Part shown: one piece after another, positions 47,054 to 52,328 of the stretch
Position numbering within the stretch: position 1 is the stretch's first letter
Layout of the letters: each line of letters opens with the position of its first letter
From: a virus
Lineage: Duplodnaviria; Caudoviricetes
DNA: 52,328 bases
IMG/VR virus record: IMGVR_UViG_3300048902_000276
Span: 1-52,328 of that record
Reading direction: 5' to 3' (one strand)
Position numbers and translations under genes: made by a program
Notes under the pieces: model-generated
What the model was told of the DNA's origin: nothing
What the model saw: only the letters and a program-made list of their open reading frames with translations
The model's database searches: none

Positions 47054-47523
47054 GCAATGCAGTTGAAGACACGCCTACGGGTGCGGACGCCGCCGTCACA
47101 ACTGAGCAGCTCGGGCAACGCAGCCTTGGTCGCGAAATCGCGCGCACCATGGAATCTCTCGGAGAGCTGGCGCGTGTTCAGGAACGAGGTGGAGTACCTA
47201 ACGATGCAGCTGCTGCTCGAATCGCAGCGATCGAAAGGCGCCTCGGAGACCTCGCCCACGAAACCGCTCGCTATCATGAAGCTCTTGCCGATGACACGCG
47301 GGCGCTGATCGAAGAGCAACACAAGACGCATCGGGAGCTGGTGGCGATCCGGGATGACGTGCGCGTCGGCCGCCTGCGCCCCAGCCACGTGATGGCGCTG
47401 GCGTGTGCTTGCGGCTTGGCTGCGGTCGCCGCTTTCACAGGCACGTGGGCCTTTCTGGGGCCATTCGCTGGCGGAATCGTGACCCTCGTCGGGCGTGACC
47501 TGTTTCGGCGCCGGAGGGAGTAG
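47050..47523 (+). CDS. Coiled-coil protein with C-terminal transmembrane segment(s); holin-like candidate
   Basis: Hydrophobic C-terminus followed by RRRRE. Confidence 0.45.
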   Translation: MSNAVEDTPTGADAAVTTEQLGQRSLGREIARTMESLGELARVQERGGVPNDAAAARIAAIERRLGDLAHETARYHEALADDTRALIEEQHKTHRELVAIRDDVRVGRLRPSHVMALACACGLAAVAAFTGTWAFLGPFAGGIVTLVGRDLFRRRRE

Positions 47524-47572
47524 GGCGGGCGCATGACGGCACCGGCGCGGCCGCGGTGGTAGTCTCGCCTCG

Positions 47573-47863
47573 GTGCGGGAGCTGCTGGACCTCAATCCGC
47601 GGTGGGTCGGCGACGGCGATGGCCGCCTGGCGGTGGGGATCTCGTTCGAGTGCCCCGGCGCCTGCTGCGCGGCGAAGTTCATGAAAGAGCGCCTCGCGGT
47701 GCTCTTCTGGAACCCGATCACGGGCGGCGATCCGGTGTCGGGCACGCGCCACTTCCGCCGCGCGGGCGAGACGTTCACGACGTTGACGCTCAAGCCTGCA
47801 ATCGATTGCAGCGCTGACGGCCACTGGACGGGCTGGATCAAGGACGGCAAGGTCTACCCATGA
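47573..47863 (+). CDS. Small Cys/His protein, DUF6527-like
   Basis: FECP..C...TLTLKPAIDC...HWTGWIKDG; TGGTAGTCT extended -10 7 nt upstream of GTG. Confidence 0.5.
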   Translation: MRELLDLNPRWVGDGDGRLAVGISFECPGACCAAKFMKERLAVLFWNPITGGDPVSGTRHFRRAGETFTTLTLKPAIDCSADGHWTGWIKDGKVYP

Positions 47864-48366
47864 GCGTCACGCTAGGGCTCGACTCGGCATCGAAGACGGG
47901 CTGGGCCGTTCTCGACGGCGAGCGCCTCATCGAGCACGGGGTGATGTCGACGCGCGCCGAGGACCGAATCGACGCGCACAAGGTCGACACGTTCGCGGCG
48001 ATGGCGGTCGGACGCTTCAAGCCGGACGTCGTCGTGATCGAGGACGCGTACCTCGACAAGAACGTCCAGACGGTGAAGTTTCTGTCGCGACTCGCGGGCC
48101 ACTGGGAGCACGCCTTCGGTGTGCGCGGCGTACACACCGAGCTCGTTCTGGCTGACGTCTGGCAGCAAGGGGTCCTTGCCGGTCTGATCTCGCGCAGCTC
48201 GAATCGCGCCGAGCGCAAATACGCCGCCGGGCTCTGGGTCTCGCGGACGTTCCGAGGCCTCAAGGTCGATGTCGACACGGCCGACGCGATCGGCATGGCC
48301 ATGTTCGTTGCCCGTCGAGACGCGTTCGCGGCACGGGTCGCGGCGGCGCGCGCGCGCGCACGCTAG
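47860..48366 (+). CDS. RuvC-like Holliday junction resolvase
   Basis: LGLDSASKTGWAV, VVVIED, DTADAIGMA acidic catalytic motifs. Confidence 0.8.
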   Translation: MSVTLGLDSASKTGWAVLDGERLIEHGVMSTRAEDRIDAHKVDTFAAMAVGRFKPDVVVIEDAYLDKNVQTVKFLSRLAGHWEHAFGVRGVHTELVLADVWQQGVLAGLISRSSNRAERKYAAGLWVSRTFRGLKVDVDTADAIGMAMFVARRDAFAARVAAARARAR

Positions 48367-48433
48367 AAAACGCGCTGTCAAGCGGCGTCAGCGACGGTAA
48401 TGCTACGTCGCGTCATGGCATGGCGGGGTCGAT

Positions 48434-48462
48434 TTGACTCGGGGACATACATTGTGTATTCT
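48434..48462 (+). promoter_or_regulatory. sigma70-like promoter with operator (copy 5)
   Basis: TTGACT-17nt-TATTCT; GACATACATTGTGTATT at 48444-48460. Confidence 0.75.
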
Positions 48463-48511
48463 TGGTGGAGTAGTCGAAATTTCACGGCTACCCCAACCGA
48501 AAGGACACACC

Positions 48512-51500
48512 ATGAAGCCCAAGAAAGAGACACGCGAAGAAGCTGTGGCGCGCGCGGCGAAGCTGGAAGAGCAGAACTGGTCTTACTCCATCTGCATGTC
48601 GGAGCTTGTCAACGGCAAGGTCCGATGGTTCGGCGGTCCACGCGGAATTTACGGTCACATGCTCGGCATCGTCCGCCCGTGGGCGGCGTGCGGCGGCTTC
48701 GTGATCCACGTGCATCGATCGGGCGACACGACGCGGACCGAATGCCATCATCTTGATCGGCTCGGAGAGACCCTCCAGGCGGTGCGAATCGCGGCGGGTA
48801 CGTCGGGCGACGTGGCCGAGGAGGCGGACGCCCTTTGCGGGCTGTTCCGCGAAGCGCGCGCCTACCGGGACATGATGTATCGGCACAAGCCGAACCACGG
48901 CGCGCCGAACCCGTTCCGGCAAGGGACGCGGGTCAAGACGGCGGATGATCCGTCGATCGGCGAGATCGTGGACGACACCTTGGCCGACGTCGGCGTGGTG
49001 TTCGTCGCCTGGGGCGGCGGTGCCGTCCTCCGCGCCGAGATCGCGACGCTGGAGGTTGTGTCGTGAAGTTGCCGAGCAAGGTCATCGTGCGTGACGTTCC
49101 GCAGACGGTGGTCGCGGCGTTCTCTGGCGAGCCGTACGATCTGGGCCGGCGCGGGCACCAGATCTGCTTTACGCTGCTGACGGAAGAGGGGCAGTGGGAC
49201 CGCGCGTCGGTCTGCCCGATCGGCGGTGAGCCGGTCTGGGTCTGCACGTACGAGGGCGAGAAAATCCCGTGGCGGTTCACGCCATTCTCGGAGCTGGGCG
49301 AAGGGCTGGAGGCCCACACGCGCACGCTGCTGCAGCTCAACTTCGCGCCGATGGCGTTCGAGCAGAAGGGAGCTTGAGCCATGAAGACCAAGACTCGGCT
49401 ATCGGCCGCCCAGCTCGGGGCCCTTGGGTTCCTGCTGTCGTGCGTGCAGGGCCGCTATTCCAAGATGGAGGTCTTGCCCGTTGCCTCGACGTCGACGATG
49501 ACGGCGCTTTTTCGGGCCGGGCTCGTTGCGGACAAAGGGGACGACATCGCGATCACTGAGGCGGGCCGACAGGCGTTCGCGACGGGGCGGGTGCAGCCAT
49601 GAAAATCATCAAGCGAAGCGAGATCGTCTACCGCACGTCGTACACGCTGTGCTTCGACCTCTACGAGTACGGCTGCGGCTACGCGTTCGACTGCGACGAA
49701 CGCGGTAACGTCGACGTCGAGAAGTTGCCCGATCCGGCCAAGGCGAGCTACGCGCAGTGCCTCATGGGCAGCATCCGGACCAAAAAAGGCTGGGAGTCGT
49801 TGCTGCCTCCGCGCGTGGAGCAGCGCGAGCACCATTATCGGCAGCCGTCGATCGGCGTCTGCCACTGCGGCCGCCACGTCGAGCTGGGCAGCTTCACGAA
49901 CACGTGTGATCGCTGCGGACGCGACTACAACAGCGCGGGCCAGGAGTTGGCGCAACGCTCGCAGTGGGGCGAGGAAACGGGGGAGACGGCGGCCGACATC
50001 GCCTTCGCGGATTCCGCGTTGGTCAACGCTCTCGACGAAGGGGACTGAAGCCATGGCGATCGTCTACGGTCAATCGTACTTGCGGCGCACGTTGCGCGAC
50101 TGGTCCCAGGCTGCCGGATCCGAGCCGATCCGCGTGGCCGCGATCGGTTCGATGATCTACGCGTTCGGGTCGGAGCTGGCGATGTTGCGGCTCTACCGCT
50201 ACTACAGAGGCGCCCCAAACGTCTCGGCGGAGGTCAACCGCGGGGACCAGCGCGACAAGGGCTCGTGGTACTTCCGCTTGCAGCTGAAGAACGCTGAGAT
50301 CAGCTTCGGCCACGACTGGATGGAGATCTGAGCCATGGTCACTCGAAGGCGAATCGTCGGACGAATCGAGAAGTCTCCGAGCGGGGGCGGATTCCTGGTC
50401 ACGGTGTGCATTGAGACGCCGAAGCATCGCGGATGGGCTCCGGGCACACCATCTGACACGGATGCGGCGATCGAAGCGCTGGTGGCAGCGATGGTCGCTG
50501 CCGGCGCGCGGGCTGACCGAAAGCTGCTGGCGCAGTTCGCCCGGCAGGACTTGGCGGCCAACCGCTGCATGCGCGCTGAGATCGTCTCGGTGCCCGCGCC
50601 CAGAAAGGCGGTGCGTCGATGAGCCTCTACATCCACGAGTCGACGCCGTTCGCGGACGTCGACCCTGACTTCGTGGTGCGGACGTGGCGCGAGCGCGAGC
50701 CGATCCGGAGCGCGCGCTTCAGCATGCCGAAGGAACCGGGCATGTTCGCGGTGCTGCATCCGTCCACGAAGCGGCCGGGGATCTGGCAGCTCAGCTACTT
50801 CGACGCCGGCGGCGCGGTCGGGGACGCCGAGTTCCGGACGCTTCGGGAAGCGCTGCGCGAGCTGCCGCCGTCGCTGTGGGTGCTCGACCGGGAGCGGCTT
50901 TGAGCTGGCTGGCGCGCCGCGCGCGGCGCAACTTCGCGCGCGAGGTCGGGCGGGTGGCGGTCAAGATCGTCAACCGCGGCGCTGCGGTCTACGGCGACTA
51001 CAGCGCGGGCCGGTACACGCCGGCGGTCCCGGCGGAGCACGCCTTCGCGGTGCTCAATCGGCAGGGATCGCCGGTCATCTTGGCGCACGACGCCTTCGAG
51101 GTCGCGTTCGCGGTGGTCACGCTGGCCGCCGGATGGATGACGCTCGAAGGCCTCGAAGCGCCGCTCAAGTACCACACCGATGCGGAGCGCGCGGCCGAGC
51201 GCGCAGAGGAACGCCGCCGCGACTACTGGCTGTTCGGCAACAGCTACTGACCCACAAGCCAAGGAGACCAACGTGACCAAGACAACCAACGATAGGACGA
51301 GAACGATCACGCTGACGAGCCGCCCCCCCGTCCGCATCGTCGAGGACGAGTGGCCCATCATCGCGCAGGCGAGCGGATATACCGGAGAGCACGAATGTCA
51401 GGCCAACAGGACTTGGACGATCAAGGTGCGAAAGCACGCCGACGGACGTCACCTGGTCTACGGTGTCCTCCGAAGGGGTCCGGGCGGCATGCCGATCGGA

Positions 51501-52271
51501 TGGCGTGGCTGGGCGGGCGGGTCGTTGCTGGCGGCGGATGCCGGAATCAGCGCCGTGATCAGCTCCATTCACGGGTGCGCCGCGGGGATTGGCGACCACG
51601 CGCTGGCGGAGGAGGCGATCGCCGACCTTCCGCCGGAGTCTCTATGATGGGCAAGGCGATAGCGAAGAGCGTATACGGCATGGAGATCGAGGCGGGCGAT
51701 TTCGTCGTCCGCCGCGATGGCGTGCCCAACTACGGCGAGGTCCAGGACGACGGACAGATCCGCTGGATCGGTATCGAAAGCGAACGCGCGACGCGCACGC
51801 TGTTCGGCGACGGCAAGGGCCTCGACATCTACGCTGGCCCCCAGGCATCGCTGCAGGCGTGCGAGGCCTTCGTGGCGCTGAAGTGGGCGGTGGACACGAA
51901 GCGCGCCGAGCTCCGACAGCAGCGCGATCGGCTGACGGCGAAACTGGCCCAGGTGAACGAGCAGCTCCTTGCGCTCGGGGATGACGCCGGTGTTCAAGCC
52001 TAGCGACGACGAATACGAGGACGAGCGCTGCGACGGCCGGCTGTCTGTGGTGCCGCCGTTCGCACGCTGCGGAGAGCCTCGCCTCGATGACGGCACGTGC
52101 TGGTACTGCGACACGCGCCGCTGCATCATCTGCAATCGCGAGGTCCGATTCGTGGACTTCTCCTTCTGCGATGGCGTCTGCTACGTCTGCGTCGCCGACG
52201 CGGAGGTGCCGCCGGGCGCGCCCGCGTACGACGCGGCTCCGGGCCAGAGGCTGGTCGATGCAGCTGCGTAA
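48512..52271 (+). other. Early-type cluster of small genes (48512-49066, 49063-49377, 49381-49602, 49599-50048 Zn-ribbon, 50053-50331, 50335-50622, 50619-50903, 50900-51250, 51273-51647, 51644-52003, ~51981-52271)
   Basis: Tightly packed ORFs downstream of promoter copy 5; no confident family. Confidence 0.6.
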
Positions 52272-52328
52272 GTATTCGCTCGCCGAGGACGCGCGCCGCC
52301 CAAAACGGGGGGGGCGCGTGCGGGGGGT

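Noticed and set aside
48395-48432. Weak 5-bp periodicity resembling the 26122 pentamers
   Set aside because: Too short and degenerate to distinguish from chance.

Overview
This window is a ~52 kb segment of a high-GC tailed phage or prophage with a contractile tail. Cys/Gly-rich lipoproteins and a parS-type palindrome tentatively suggest a myxobacterial host. Layout: (i) 1-5261, a second virion-like module (beta-rich protein, LamG-like protein with 31-aa repeats, BppU-like protein) ending in a GT-A glycosyltransferase; (ii) 5.3-20.9 kb, small, often Cys-rich accessory genes with a PAPS-reductase-like enzyme, DUF4326, ASCH, lipoproteins and a ~750 bp highly structured non-coding gap; (iii) 20.9-25.9 kb, a minus-strand operon portal > terS > terL > an unannotated 27-aa Lys/Gly peptide > PP-loop (PAPS-reductase-fold) enzyme > ParB-like protein with a 1-bp frameshift; (iv) a divergent intergenic region with a parS-like site; (v) 26.2-46.7 kb, head, neck, sheath/tube, tape measure, baseplate and fibre genes; (vi) RuvC-like resolvase and another small-gene cluster. 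Five sigma70-type promoters share a 17-bp pseudo-palindromic operator. I recognised no integrase, repressor, replication gene, endolysin, tRNA or CRISPR array. All family calls come from motif recognition and synteny; no database search was run.
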